A DNA stretch of 39,112 nucleotides, taken from the IMG/VR virus record IMGVR_UViG_3300038809_000040, positions 1 to 39,112 of that record; one strand, written 5' to 3'. The DNA is from a virus (Duplodnaviria; Caudoviricetes). The position numbers and the translations under genes were made by a program. Below the pieces are notes generated by a model. That model did not search any database and had not been told where the DNA came from. It saw nothing but the letters and a program-made list of their open reading frames with translations. This document shows, in pieces, positions 8,063 through 15,757 of this stretch. Numbering within the stretch: position 1 is the stretch's first letter; each line of letters opens with the position of its first letter.

Positions 8063-8370
8063 ACCATCCGGCCCGCTCCACTGATCCGCAGTCCAGTCAC
8101 ATCGCCGCCGCCGATCTCGCTGCCAGCGGGGCGCTGAGCGTCCAGCACGCCAAGACAGAGGCGGCGGTGATCCGCCATCCCGGCCACAGCAGTCTGCACC
8201 TCTCGGTGTTGACTGGCCTGGACCGCCACATGCTGGGCCGCCGTCTGCCTGAGTTGGCCCGAGAGGGGCGCATTTGGCGTGGGCCGACGGCTCCGTGCGC
8301 CACCACCGGCAAGCCTGCGTGCACCTGGTGGCCGGTGGCCCCGGGCCAGAACCTGGCATTGGGGATCTGA
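8059..8370 (+). CDS. Winged-HTH phage protein
   Basis: ARSTDP.SSH.AA ... GRRLPEL...G.I motif; ATGA-coupled. Confidence 0.7.
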   Translation: MNHPARSTDPQSSHIAAADLAASGALSVQHAKTEAAVIRHPGHSSLHLSVLTGLDRHMLGRRLPELAREGRIWRGPTAPCATTGKPACTWWPVAPGQNLALGI

Positions 8371-8371
8371 C

Positions 8372-9319
8372 GTGGCTGCGCGCATGACAGGCATGGTTTT
8401 CGAGCGCTATCCGGGTGGTGGCGGTGAGCTGCTGCTGGCGCTGGCTCTGGCCGATAACTCGCACGACGACGGCACCCGCATCTTCCCGTCGGTTGCCACG
8501 TTGGCCGTGAAGTCCAGGCAGTCGGAGCGCTCGGTGCAATACCAGCTCCGGAAGATGGAGCGCATCGGCTGGCTGGAGGTCGTCAGCGAGGGCGGTGGTC
8601 GCATGAAGGGCTACAAGTCCGGCGGCCGTCCGCGTGAGTACCGGATCAGCCCGTACTGGATCGCCGGTGGTGATCTGGCCATGAATGGGGACGCTGGAGA
8701 ACAGCCCGAGAATTCAAAGGGTGCAAATTCTGCACCCTTTGCAAAGGGTGCAAAACAGAGTCGGAAAGGGTGCAAAACGACGCAGGAAAGGGTGCAACCA
8801 AAAGTCGAAAAGGGTGCAACAGCTATTGCACCCGAACCAAGAGCAACCAAAAGCAACCAAGAGCAACCCTCACACCGCGAGTGTGAGCGCGAGGCCGATC
8901 CGCTGACGCTGACCGTTGAGCAGGTCGACCGCGAACTGGCTGGTTTCGGCATCACGCCCCCCGGCGTCGACCGCGAGCTGCTGGCCAGGTTCGTCCGGCA
9001 CCGAGCCGCGATCCGCCGGCCGCTGTCGGTCCAGGGCTGGCTGCAGGTCCGCCAGCAGCTGCTGGACCTGATCGCCGCCGGTCACGACCCCAACGAATCC
9101 CTGAAGCAGACGATGGCCGCCGGCCTGGCGCTGCCCGTGATCCCTGTCGCCCAGCCATCCGCAGGAGCAACCAATGCAAGCCCTCAACACGGTTCTGCCG
9201 ACCGCACCGAGCAGCTCGAACAACAGTTCTACGCCCAACGCCGAGGCGGTGGCCACGGTGGCGGCGCTGGGTTCGAGCCAGGCGATGTCGTCGACGCCGA
9301 GTTCGCCGTCGTCGGCTGA
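8372..9319 (+). CDS. Replication initiator (O-like, N-terminal wHTH) with internal origin
   Basis: LLALADNSHDDG..FPSVATLA.K...SERSVQYQLRKME..GWL; internal iterons; GTG start right after upstream stop. Confidence 0.85.
   Translation: MAARMTGMVFERYPGGGGELLLALALADNSHDDGTRIFPSVATLAVKSRQSERSVQYQLRKMERIGWLEVVSEGGGRMKGYKSGGRPREYRISPYWIAGGDLAMNGDAGEQPENSKGANSAPFAKGAKQSRKGCKTTQERVQPKVEKGATAIAPEPRATKSNQEQPSHRECEREADPLTLTVEQVDRELAGFGITPPGVDRELLARFVRHRAAIRRPLSVQGWLQVRQQLLDLIAAGHDPNESLKQTMAAGLALPVIPVAQPSAGATNASPQHGSADRTEQLEQQFYAQRRGGGHGGGAGFEPGDVVDAEFAVVG
8716..8868. repeat. Replication origin iterons
   Basis: AAAGGGTGCAA at 8716, 8743, 8765, 8787, 8809; inverted copies at 8731 and 8826; then AACCAA(G/A)AGC 10-mers at 8835-8868. 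Confidence 0.85.
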
Positions 9320-9887
9320 GCTGCTGAGCGAGCCGCAGTCGGCCTACCTGTGGGAGTTCTGGAAGCAGATGACGGCCATGTTCCCGGGGAAGTGGGAGCG
9401 CGAGAACGGCGCGGCGCCGTTCAAGAAGGACGGCAGCCTGACCATCGCCGCCGGAACGTGGTTTCAGGTGCTGAAGGGCCGCAGCCGGGCACAGCACGCG
9501 CGCGGCATGGCCTGCTGTCTGACCGAGGGCCGGGAGTGGCCGCCGAATCCGCCGAGGTTCCTGACGATGTGCCTGGACATTCCGGTCATGGCGGCGGTGG
9601 AGCGCGAGATGGCGCCAGGCCGCCCGCAGAGCGGATTCACGGTGCTGGTTCGTTCGCTGCTGGACCTGCACGTCTACGCCAGCGCTGACCACGGATCGCA
9701 GCAGCGCCGGATGCTGGAGGAAGCCTACACGCGCGCTGTCCAGCACGTGGTCGACGGCAAGCCGCTGCCTCAGCCGGTGCTGGCGATCGAGCAGGAGAAG
9801 CACGGCGTGCGGCCGGTGCGTGACCGGGAGTCGGCGCGCGCTGCAATGGAGCGGGCAGCGGCCGAGCTGAACTTCGATGGTGACTGA
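9174..9887 (+). CDS. Lambda P-like replication protein (helicase loader)
   Basis: FWKQM...PGKW ... W...L ... G...C....EWPP.PP.F..MC; AGGAG RBS; follows initiator. Confidence 0.65.
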   Translation: MQALNTVLPTAPSSSNNSSTPNAEAVATVAALGSSQAMSSTPSSPSSAELLSEPQSAYLWEFWKQMTAMFPGKWERENGAAPFKKDGSLTIAAGTWFQVLKGRSRAQHARGMACCLTEGREWPPNPPRFLTMCLDIPVMAAVEREMAPGRPQSGFTVLVRSLLDLHVYASADHGSQQRRMLEEAYTRAVQHVVDGKPLPQPVLAIEQEKHGVRPVRDRESARAAMERAAAELNFDGD

Positions 9888-10077
9888 AGCCGAACTGGCG
9901 CAATCGGAGCAGGCCGGGCGCTGGGCGCGGGATGCCTGCCGAGGTCGGGAATCAGCACCGCGGTACGAGATGGGTCAGGACGGTGTGATGCGGCGACGCC
10001 GCTGGCAGGCCGGATGGGACAAGCGGGACCAGGAATTGAACGCGGCACACCGCAGCACGAACAGGAACAGGCGTTGA
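9877..10077 (+). CDS. Rmf/CrpP-like small protein
   Basis: AG..AR....RES.PRY ... RRRWQAGW pattern. Confidence 0.55.
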   Translation: MVTEAELAQSEQAGRWARDACRGRESAPRYEMGQDGVMRRRRWQAGWDKRDQELNAAHRSTNRNRR

Positions 10078-10295
10078 TGGACTTCACCAACTACAGCACG
10101 CGCAGCAGGTTCGCCAAGGAGATCAACGCCGGCTACTCGGCGCGGCTCAACGAGCTTCGCCTGAGCGACAACCCGCACTTGGTCTGGATCGAATGCGACA
10201 CCGAGGACGGTGCCAACCGCAGGGCTGGGCCGATGAGCGAGAAGGCGGAAGCCTGGCAGCACGGTTGGCGGCTGGCCGACGAGGGCGCGCGCTGA
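10077..10295 (+). CDS. Rmf/CrpP-like small protein
   Basis: AGYSAR....SDNPH ... AEAWQHGW pattern; TGATG-coupled. Confidence 0.55.
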   Translation: MDFTNYSTRSRFAKEINAGYSARLNELRLSDNPHLVWIECDTEDGANRRAGPMSEKAEAWQHGWRLADEGAR

Positions 10296-10663
10296 TGTGG
10301 TCGAAAGCACCGCCGCCGACGAAGGAAGAGGCTGCCCGGATCGAATTGGCCAAGACCGGCCCGTGCATGGCCTGCCTGGCGCTGCAGATGCAGGGCCTGC
10401 TGGAGCCGGAGCTGGTGGTCTATGGCTGCGACTACAACCACGCCAAGAGCGGGAACGTGCGGCGGGGCCACGCGGAGGGCTATGGCCTCTGCAAGTGGCA
10501 TCACATGCGGTATCCGCTGGAGGGGAACACCTTCGCGACGATGCGCCAGATCTACGGCCCGAGCCTGATGGATGGCTCGCGGACCTTCCACGAGACGTAC
10601 GGCTCCGACGACGAGCTGATTGCAAACCAGACCTGCGTGAACGAATTGAGGGCGGCAGCATGA
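10295..10663 (+). CDS. ref: Ref-family recombination-enhancement HNH-type nuclease
   Basis: CMAC ... H ... RRGH ... LCKWHH ... GPSL..G.R.F...YG.D..L. Confidence 0.8.
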   Translation: MWSKAPPPTKEEAARIELAKTGPCMACLALQMQGLLEPELVVYGCDYNHAKSGNVRRGHAEGYGLCKWHHMRYPLEGNTFATMRQIYGPSLMDGSRTFHETYGSDDELIANQTCVNELRAAA

Positions 10664-10863
10664 AGAAGACGAAGGCCATTGCGCCGAGGATCAACCCCCA
10701 ACGTGCGCCACGCGAGCGGAGGATGGACCACAACACCGTTTCCCGACCCAAGCGGCTGAAACCGGCGAAGCACCCGACCGGCCCGGCCGAGACGGTGGAG
10801 CAGTTCAAGGCACGCGGCGGGCAGGTGCAGCGCCTGACGGCCAGCTGGGAGCCGCGAGCATGA
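10660..10863 (+). CDS. Basic small protein with SutA-like RNAP-binding motif
   Basis: ETVEQFKARGGQVQRL resembles SutA EEFLSRGGKVQEI; ATGA-coupled at both ends. Confidence 0.6.
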   Translation: MKKTKAIAPRINPQRAPRERRMDHNTVSRPKRLKPAKHPTGPAETVEQFKARGGQVQRLTASWEPRA

Positions 10864-11219
10864 CCGCCGCCGCGTTGAAGCCGTGTCCGTTCTGCGGCGG
10901 CGTAGCCAAGCTGGAAACCTTCAATGAGGAGCACTCGATCTTCGGAGATGTTCCGTGGTTGCGCATGCGCTGCAGCTTCTGCCAAGTGCTGGAGCCTCAG
11001 CTTGCAGAGGGGCCAGAGATCGACCTGGCCATCGCGTGGAACACTCGCGTTCCAGTGGCGCAGGCCTGGCAGCTGATCGCTGGAGCACCCCAGGACGGCA
11101 CGCGGCTGATGCTGTGGGACTCGGTGAGTAAGCGTCCGGTATTCGGCAGCTGGCGCGGTGACAACCCTGCGATCACGCACTTTGCGGCCGAGCCGGCCGG
11201 CCCGGAGGTGCCTTCGTGA
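10860..11219 (+). CDS. Lar-family restriction alleviation domain plus DUF551-like C-terminus
   Basis: LKPCPFCGG ... CSFC ... AIAWNTR, then WQLIAGAPQDGT. Confidence 0.8.
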   Translation: MTAAALKPCPFCGGVAKLETFNEEHSIFGDVPWLRMRCSFCQVLEPQLAEGPEIDLAIAWNTRVPVAQAWQLIAGAPQDGTRLMLWDSVSKRPVFGSWRGDNPAITHFAAEPAGPEVPS

Positions 11220-11326
11220 ATGGCGGTGACCTGATCAAGAGACAGGGCCTCAAAAGGGCCGCAGCGAATCACCACCAGGCGCTATCGCGCGCTGCACGAG
11301 CAAACCACCAAGGGGAAGGCGCATGA
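11216..11326 (+). CDS. Possible 36-aa linker ORF
   Basis: GTGA overlap with upstream gene, ATGA overlap with Q, GGAGG upstream. Confidence 0.35.
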   Translation: MNGGDLIKRQGLKRAAANHHQALSRAARANHQGEGA

Positions 11327-12039
11327 GGACGAACAAGGCACGCGAATTGCTGGCAAGCCGTATGGGGCCGACCACGCAGAGGTTCGACGCTGGCTGTGGC
11401 GGCGGGCGGCCGGAGCTGACGACGCAGGACATTGCGGCCGCCCTTGCGTACGTGCCGGATGGCCTTGGGCGTGAGCTGCTGGAGGTGCTGTGGTGGCCGG
11501 AGAGCGCAGCGCGCCGTCGCGAGCATCTGCGCAAGGCGGTGATCGGCCTGGTGGCGCCAGAGTTCATCCAGCAGATGCATGGCCTGGCCACCGCGCGGAC
11601 CGAGTTCGGCATTGCCAAAGCAAGCATCGGCTGGGGCGGCGGGCCGGTGACGGATATGCAGCGGCGTGAGCTGAGACGGGCAGAGAGCGCACTGGATGAG
11701 GCGCGCGCTGCGGCATGGCCGAACAACACCATGGAGCAGCTTGGGGTGCTGGCCAGCGCTGTGATTGAGGAGATGGCCAGCTGTGGCTGCTGCAAGGCCT
11801 GCGACGGCCTGCGCATTCAATCCGCCCCTGAGGGTGGCGGGGTGGTGGAGTGCGAGGCATGTGGCGGGATGGGGCTGGAGCAGCTCAGCGGCAGAAAGCG
11901 CGCGGCAGCGATTGGCGCCGACAAGTCGGCCTATCAGCGGTTCTGGCAGCCGGTCTACGAATGGATGCTGGACCGCATGCGAAGCGCTGAGCACGTTGCT
12001 GCCGAGAGTCTCTCAAGCGCGTTGAACCGCGCCGCTTAG
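11323..12039 (+). CDS. Q: Late antiterminator Q (lambda-Q-like zinc finger)
   Basis: LTTQDIAAALA; CKACDG...CEACGG.G; Y.R.W...YEW; directly before late promoter, terminator and lysis genes. Confidence 0.85.
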   Translation: MRTNKARELLASRMGPTTQRFDAGCGGGRPELTTQDIAAALAYVPDGLGRELLEVLWWPESAARRREHLRKAVIGLVAPEFIQQMHGLATARTEFGIAKASIGWGGGPVTDMQRRELRRAESALDEARAAAWPNNTMEQLGVLASAVIEEMASCGCCKACDGLRIQSAPEGGGVVECEACGGMGLEQLSGRKRAAAIGADKSAYQRFWQPVYEWMLDRMRSAEHVAAESLSSALNRAA

Positions 12040-12076
12040 TGGGGACTTGCAGGGTCCCCACTTTGGCGTGCAATCT
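12038..12076 (+). promoter_or_regulatory. Putative late promoter PR' with inverted repeat flanking the -35
   Basis: AGTGGGGAC-TTGCAGG-GTCCCCACT followed by CAATCT. Confidence 0.5.
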
Positions 12077-12093
12077 CGTCACCATCCAGACGC

Positions 12094-12124
12094 AAGCCCC
12101 GGCCCAGCCGGGGCTTTTTCTTTT
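12094..12124 (+). terminator. tR'-like intrinsic terminator
   Basis: AAGCCCCGGC-cca-GCCGGGGCTTTTTCTTTT just before endolysin. Confidence 0.9.
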
Positions 12125-12135
12125 CCGGAGACGCA

Positions 12136-12621
12136 ATGGCGCAGATCACTCCCCAACAGGCTGGCGGCGTGAACGTCGTGGCCTTCCTCGACATGCTGGC
12201 TTGGTCCGAAGGCACCGACAACGGCAAGCAGCCCACCAACAACAGCGGCTATGACGTGCTGGTGGGCGGCAAGCTCTTCAACACTTACCGCGATCATCCG
12301 CGTGTTCTGGTTCGCCTGAACTCGAAGCTGGCGTCGACGGCTGCAGGTCGCTACCAGTTCTTGTCGCGCACTTGGGACAGCCTGCGGCGCCAGATGGGTT
12401 TGGCGGACTTCGGTCCGCTGAGCCAGGACAAGGGTTGTATCAGGCTGATCCAGGGCCGGGGTGCTTTGGCATCAGTGCAGGCCGGCCACATTCACCACGC
12501 GATTGCGCTGTGTTCCAAGGAATGGGCGAGCTTGCCCGGTGCGGGCTACGGCCAGCACGAACACACCTTTGCCGACCTGCTGGCCGTGTACCGCAAGGCC
12601 GGTGGGACGGTGGCGCCATGA
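12136..12621 (+). CDS. R: Lambda R-type endolysin (lytic transglycosylase)
   Basis: AFLDMLAWSEGTD, YDVLVGG, DHPR, STAAGRYQFL..TW, EWASLPGAGYGQ. Confidence 0.95.
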   Translation: MAQITPQQAGGVNVVAFLDMLAWSEGTDNGKQPTNNSGYDVLVGGKLFNTYRDHPRVLVRLNSKLASTAAGRYQFLSRTWDSLRRQMGLADFGPLSQDKGCIRLIQGRGALASVQAGHIHHAIALCSKEWASLPGAGYGQHEHTFADLLAVYRKAGGTVAP

Positions 12622-12932
12622 TCGGGGTCGACGTGGACTGGCAGGCCATTGGCACGGCCGTTGGTGGCCTGATGGTCGGCGCCGGCGGTGTAGCGCTGTG
12701 GTGGCGCAAGCAGTTCGTAGAGACAGCCAGGGAAGGGGCCGAGGTCAACGTAATCCAGTTGATGCGCGAGGAGGTGACCCGGCTGGGTGAGCGGGTTGGC
12801 CGCATGGAGGCCAGGGAGCTGCGGCTCATCCGCCACATCTACCGGCTCGAAGGGCTGATGCGTGCGGCCGGCCTGGAGCCGCCGCCGTTCGACCCGGATA
12901 GCGACACGATAAGAGCGGGAGGTTCGGAATGA
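12618..12932 (+). CDS. Putative holin (one TM plus coiled coil)
   Basis: AIGTAVGGLMVGAGGVALWWRK; ATGA-coupled to endolysin. Confidence 0.6.
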   Translation: MIGVDVDWQAIGTAVGGLMVGAGGVALWWRKQFVETAREGAEVNVIQLMREEVTRLGERVGRMEARELRLIRHIYRLEGLMRAAGLEPPPFDPDSDTIRAGGSE

Positions 12933-13051
12933 ACGACAAATGGAATCCGCGACTGTGGCTGCGGAACTGGCTGATGAAGCCTAGTCGGACGGAACGTAAG
13001 AAGTTTGAGGGCAGGGGGCTGAGCGACTATCTGCGCAGCGCCCTGCACTGA
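12929..13051 (+). CDS. 40-aa ORF MNDKWNPRLWLRNWLMKPSR..., possibly a truncated remnant
   Basis: ATGA overlap with holin; GGAGG RBS. Confidence 0.45.
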   Translation: MNDKWNPRLWLRNWLMKPSRTERKKFEGRGLSDYLRSALH

Positions 13052-13056
13052 ATTGC

Positions 13057-13278
13057 TTAATAGCCTGAGTACTGCTCAATCAAGGCCTGGGCGTCCCGTA
13101 GTTCAGTGATCGCATACCTGAGCGCTGCTTCGAATGTCAGAACCTGCCGTTCTTCCCCCGCGAACATGATCACTTCCAGGTCGTTTGGGTTGGTTGCGAT
13201 CTGGGTGTTGTCGCGGATCTCCCTGGCGCGCGCGCTGAGCATAAGCGCACGAAGGTCCCTCAGATAGTCCTCTTCCAT
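13057..13278 (-). CDS. Reverse-oriented 73-aa moron inside lysis cassette
   Basis: AAGGAGG RBS, TACGCT upstream, lower GC. Confidence 0.75.
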   Translation of the reverse strand: MEEDYLRDLRALMLSARAREIRDNTQIATNPNDLEVIMFAGEERQVLTFEAALRYAITELRDAQALIEQYSGY

Positions 13279-13353
13279 GTTGCCCTCCTTGGGCTGTGTC
13301 GGTAGCACGCACAGCGTACCCCAGGGAGGGCGACCTATTCATGCAGGTGCCCA

Positions 13354-13782
13354 ATGCCGGACCCACTACGACCATACGCCGACCTGCTCAAACTGCTGGC
13401 GGTACTTGCGCTGGCTGGTGGCCTGTTCGTGGCCGGCTGCCAGCGCGGTGAAGATCGCCAGTCCGCCAAGGACCGGGCCACCATCGCCCAAGCCGACAAG
13501 GCGCGCGCTGCAGCAGAGGCTGACGCGGCCGAGAATCTGCGCGCGGCCACCGCCGCTGGCCAGTTGCTGCAGGAGGTGAACCGGCAGACCCAGGCATCGA
13601 TCGATGAAGCGGCCCGGCAGCGAGCGGCAGCCAATGAGGCCGCGCGCCGGGCGGAGGCGGCAGCAGCCGAGAGTAAGCGCCGGGCAACAGCGGCGGAGCG
13701 CGCGCTGCAGGACGCGAAGAACCAGCCGGGATGCCGGCAACAGCTGGAGCAGAAGCTATGCGACGCCATTCCATTGCTGTGA
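13354..13782 (+). CDS. Rz: Inner-membrane spanin (Rz-like)
   Basis: N-terminal hydrophobic anchor, Ala/Arg coiled coil, C-terminal Cys; overlaps Rz1. Confidence 0.75.
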   Translation: MPDPLRPYADLLKLLAVLALAGGLFVAGCQRGEDRQSAKDRATIAQADKARAAAEADAAENLRAATAAGQLLQEVNRQTQASIDEAARQRAAANEAARRAEAAAAESKRRATAAERALQDAKNQPGCRQQLEQKLCDAIPLL

Positions 13783-14036
13783 TCCTTGCCGCGGCGCTGC
13801 CGCTGTGCGGGTTCGGCAGCTGCAGCAAGATCAGCAAGCCGGACATTCCGCAGGTGGTGTACGTCACGGTGGAGAGGCCAGTGGCGCCGCCGGCCGAACT
13901 GACCCCGCCCTGTCCGATCACCAGGGCGCAGGATCGGTCCGTGGAGAAGGTGGTGTCGGCCTACAACGCCAACATCCTGAGCCTGCAGCAGTGCAATAAG
14001 CAGCTCGGCGAGATCCGGCAGTTGGGTGCTGAATGA
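13758..14036 (+). CDS. Rz1: Outer-membrane spanin lipoprotein (Rz1-like)
   Basis: Signal ending FGSC; PPAELTPPCP; LQQCNKQL.EIR. Confidence 0.75.
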   Translation: MRRHSIAVILAAALPLCGFGSCSKISKPDIPQVVYVTVERPVAPPAELTPPCPITRAQDRSVEKVVSAYNANILSLQQCNKQLGEIRQLGAE

Positions 14037-14398
14037 AGGCGGCCCAGAACAGCGGGATGCGCGCCATGCTTGCGAAAGGCAGGCTCAAGGCAGGGCAGCT
14101 CAACAATACCGAGAGGGCATATGAGGTTCGCCTAGATGCGATGAAGGCAGGTGGCCAGATTCTCTGGCATCGCTTCGAAGGGCTGAGGCTCCGGCTTGCC
14201 GACAACACGTTCTACACGCCGGACTTCGTGGTCATGGCTGCCGATGGCGTCATTGAGTGCCATGAGGTGAAGGGCTACTGGCTGGGGGATGCGCGGGCCA
14301 AGATCAAGGTTGCCGCGGTGATGTATCCGTTCCGCTTCATTGCGGTGAAGGCCAAGCCAAAGAAGGACGGCGGCGGCTGGGCAGTGGAGGAGTTCTGA
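14033..14398 (+). CDS. PD-(D/E)XK endonuclease (DUF1064-like)
   Basis: YTPDFVV ... HEVKG. Confidence 0.75.
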   Translation: MKAAQNSGMRAMLAKGRLKAGQLNNTERAYEVRLDAMKAGGQILWHRFEGLRLRLADNTFYTPDFVVMAADGVIECHEVKGYWLGDARAKIKVAAVMYPFRFIAVKAKPKKDGGGWAVEEF

Positions 14399-14580
14399 TG
14401 GCTGCGACAGTGCGCGCGGCAGTACGCATGCGGTGGTGGCTTCGTTGCTACCTCGTCGCAGTGATGTGTTTCGCCCGGGCAACGGGGATGGAGCCGGACT
14501 GGGACCGGGTTGAACGGTGGATACGCCGCGGCCTGGTGCTGCAAACAACAGGGGTTACTGATGGACGTTGCACGGATTGA
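14398..14580 (+). CDS. Hypothetical phage protein (60 aa)
   Basis: TGATG-coupled; GGAGG RBS. Confidence 0.6.
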   Translation: MAATVRAAVRMRWWLRCYLVAVMCFARATGMEPDWDRVERWIRRGLVLQTTGVTDGRCTD

Positions 14581-14851
14581 GGCGCTGGCCACTGAGCTGG
14601 CCACCGAGCGGGTTGCGCGCGCTGCTGCCGATGCAGCCTTGGCTGCTCGCCTTGACTGCAGCACCGACGCGCGTATCGATCGCTTGATCGGGGCCATCGA
14701 GACACTGGGCAAGCAGACCGGCGAGTTGGTGATGCACAACGGGCTGCTGGTGCAGGCGGTGGCGCAGCTGCTGGGCGAGGAGGCCGGCACACCGGTGCAG
14801 GACGAAGGTGCCGAGCCCGAGCGAGTCGACCTGGACGGGAAGCCCTACTGA
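14561..14851 (+). CDS. Hypothetical coiled-coil phage protein (96 aa)
   Basis: Coupled to HNH gene; ends DLDGKPY. Confidence 0.65.
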   Translation: MDVARIEALATELATERVARAAADAALAARLDCSTDARIDRLIGAIETLGKQTGELVMHNGLLVQAVAQLLGEEAGTPVQDEGAEPERVDLDGKPY

Positions 14852-15183
14852 TGGCGCGCCTTCGCACGGTCCCTCCACGCGTCGGCGGGATATCTCCACG
14901 GCTCAAGAGTGTGACGCCAGGAAGCTGGCGCGGCACGGAGACGAGTAGCACCAAGCGTGGCTACGGATACCGGTGGCAAAAGTATCGAGCGCGCTTTCTT
15001 GAGGCGCATCCACTGTGCGTGATGTGTGGGGCTGTGGGCTTGGTAGTGGCGGCCTCGGTCGTCGATCACATCACTCCGCACCGGGGTGATCACCGCCTGT
15101 TCTGGGATCCGAAGAACCATCAGCCGCTCTGCAAGCCCTGCCACGACGGCGCCAAGCAGAGGTTTGAGCGCGGCATTTCGTGA
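14851..15183 (+). CDS. HNH endonuclease (HK97 gp74-like packaging cofactor)
   Basis: RGYG.RW...R..FL..HPLCVMC ... VDHI.PH.GD ... N.QPLCKPCH; next to terS. Confidence 0.92.
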   Translation: MARLRTVPPRVGGISPRLKSVTPGSWRGTETSSTKRGYGYRWQKYRARFLEAHPLCVMCGAVGLVVAASVVDHITPHRGDHRLFWDPKNHQPLCKPCHDGAKQRFERGIS

Positions 15184-15249
15184 TCGTGAAACCAGTCCGA
15201 TTGAAAGGCATTCGGCCAGTGTTCCACGACCACTCGGCAGCAGCGTACG

Positions 15250-15320
15250 GAGGGGGCATCAAAAGTATGGAGCCGATTCGGACCTAGACCGCGCACCCTC
15301 CCACGCACAGAAAAAATTCC
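15250..15320. other. Putative cos site region
   Basis: Non-coding gap between HNH and terS: GGGGGCATCAAAAGT ... AGACCGCGCACCCTC ... AGAAAAAATT. Confidence 0.5.
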
Positions 15321-15342
15321 CCTCAGGAAAGGAAATCAGCAA

Positions 15343-15756
15343 ATGGCAGGCGTCAAAGGCAAGAGCGGCGGCCCGCGCAAGAACGCAGGCGGCGCAAGGC
15401 CTGGCGCCGGTCGAAAGCCCAAGCAACCGGTTCCGGTTCCCGCGAAGAAATCAGCAAATACCAAGTCCTCGGCGGTGAAGGTATCTCTGGAAGCCCAGCC
15501 CGGCGGTGGCACTCTCAAGCGCACTAAGTCAGTGCCGGTTGAGCAAGAGGACAAGGACATGCTGACCCTTCTCCAGGACATTGCACTGGGGCGCGTGGTC
15601 GCGACTGCACTGCAGGTGAAAGCGGCCTCGGCGGCGTTGCCCTACACCCACGCCAAGAAGGGCGAGGGCGGCAAGAAGGAGGAGCGGCAGCAGAAGGCCC
15701 AGGCAGTGGCCGGTCGCTTCGCCCCTTCCGCTCCGCCCCGCCCTCGGATGAACTGA
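15343..15756 (+). CDS. terS: Terminase small subunit
   Basis: GGARPGAGRKPK; AA.A.LPY.HAK.GE.GKKE; directly before terL. Confidence 0.85.
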   Translation: MAGVKGKSGGPRKNAGGARPGAGRKPKQPVPVPAKKSANTKSSAVKVSLEAQPGGGTLKRTKSVPVEQEDKDMLTLLQDIALGRVVATALQVKAASAALPYTHAKKGEGGKKEERQQKAQAVAGRFAPSAPPRPRMN

Positions 15757-15757
15757 G

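Noticed and set aside
7016-8539. 507-aa minus-strand ORF
   Set aside because: Arg/Pro/Gly-rich shadow over cro, cII and wHTH genes; no motif
9975-11180. 401-aa minus-strand ORF
   Set aside because: Shadow of coupled nin-region genes; low-complexity composition
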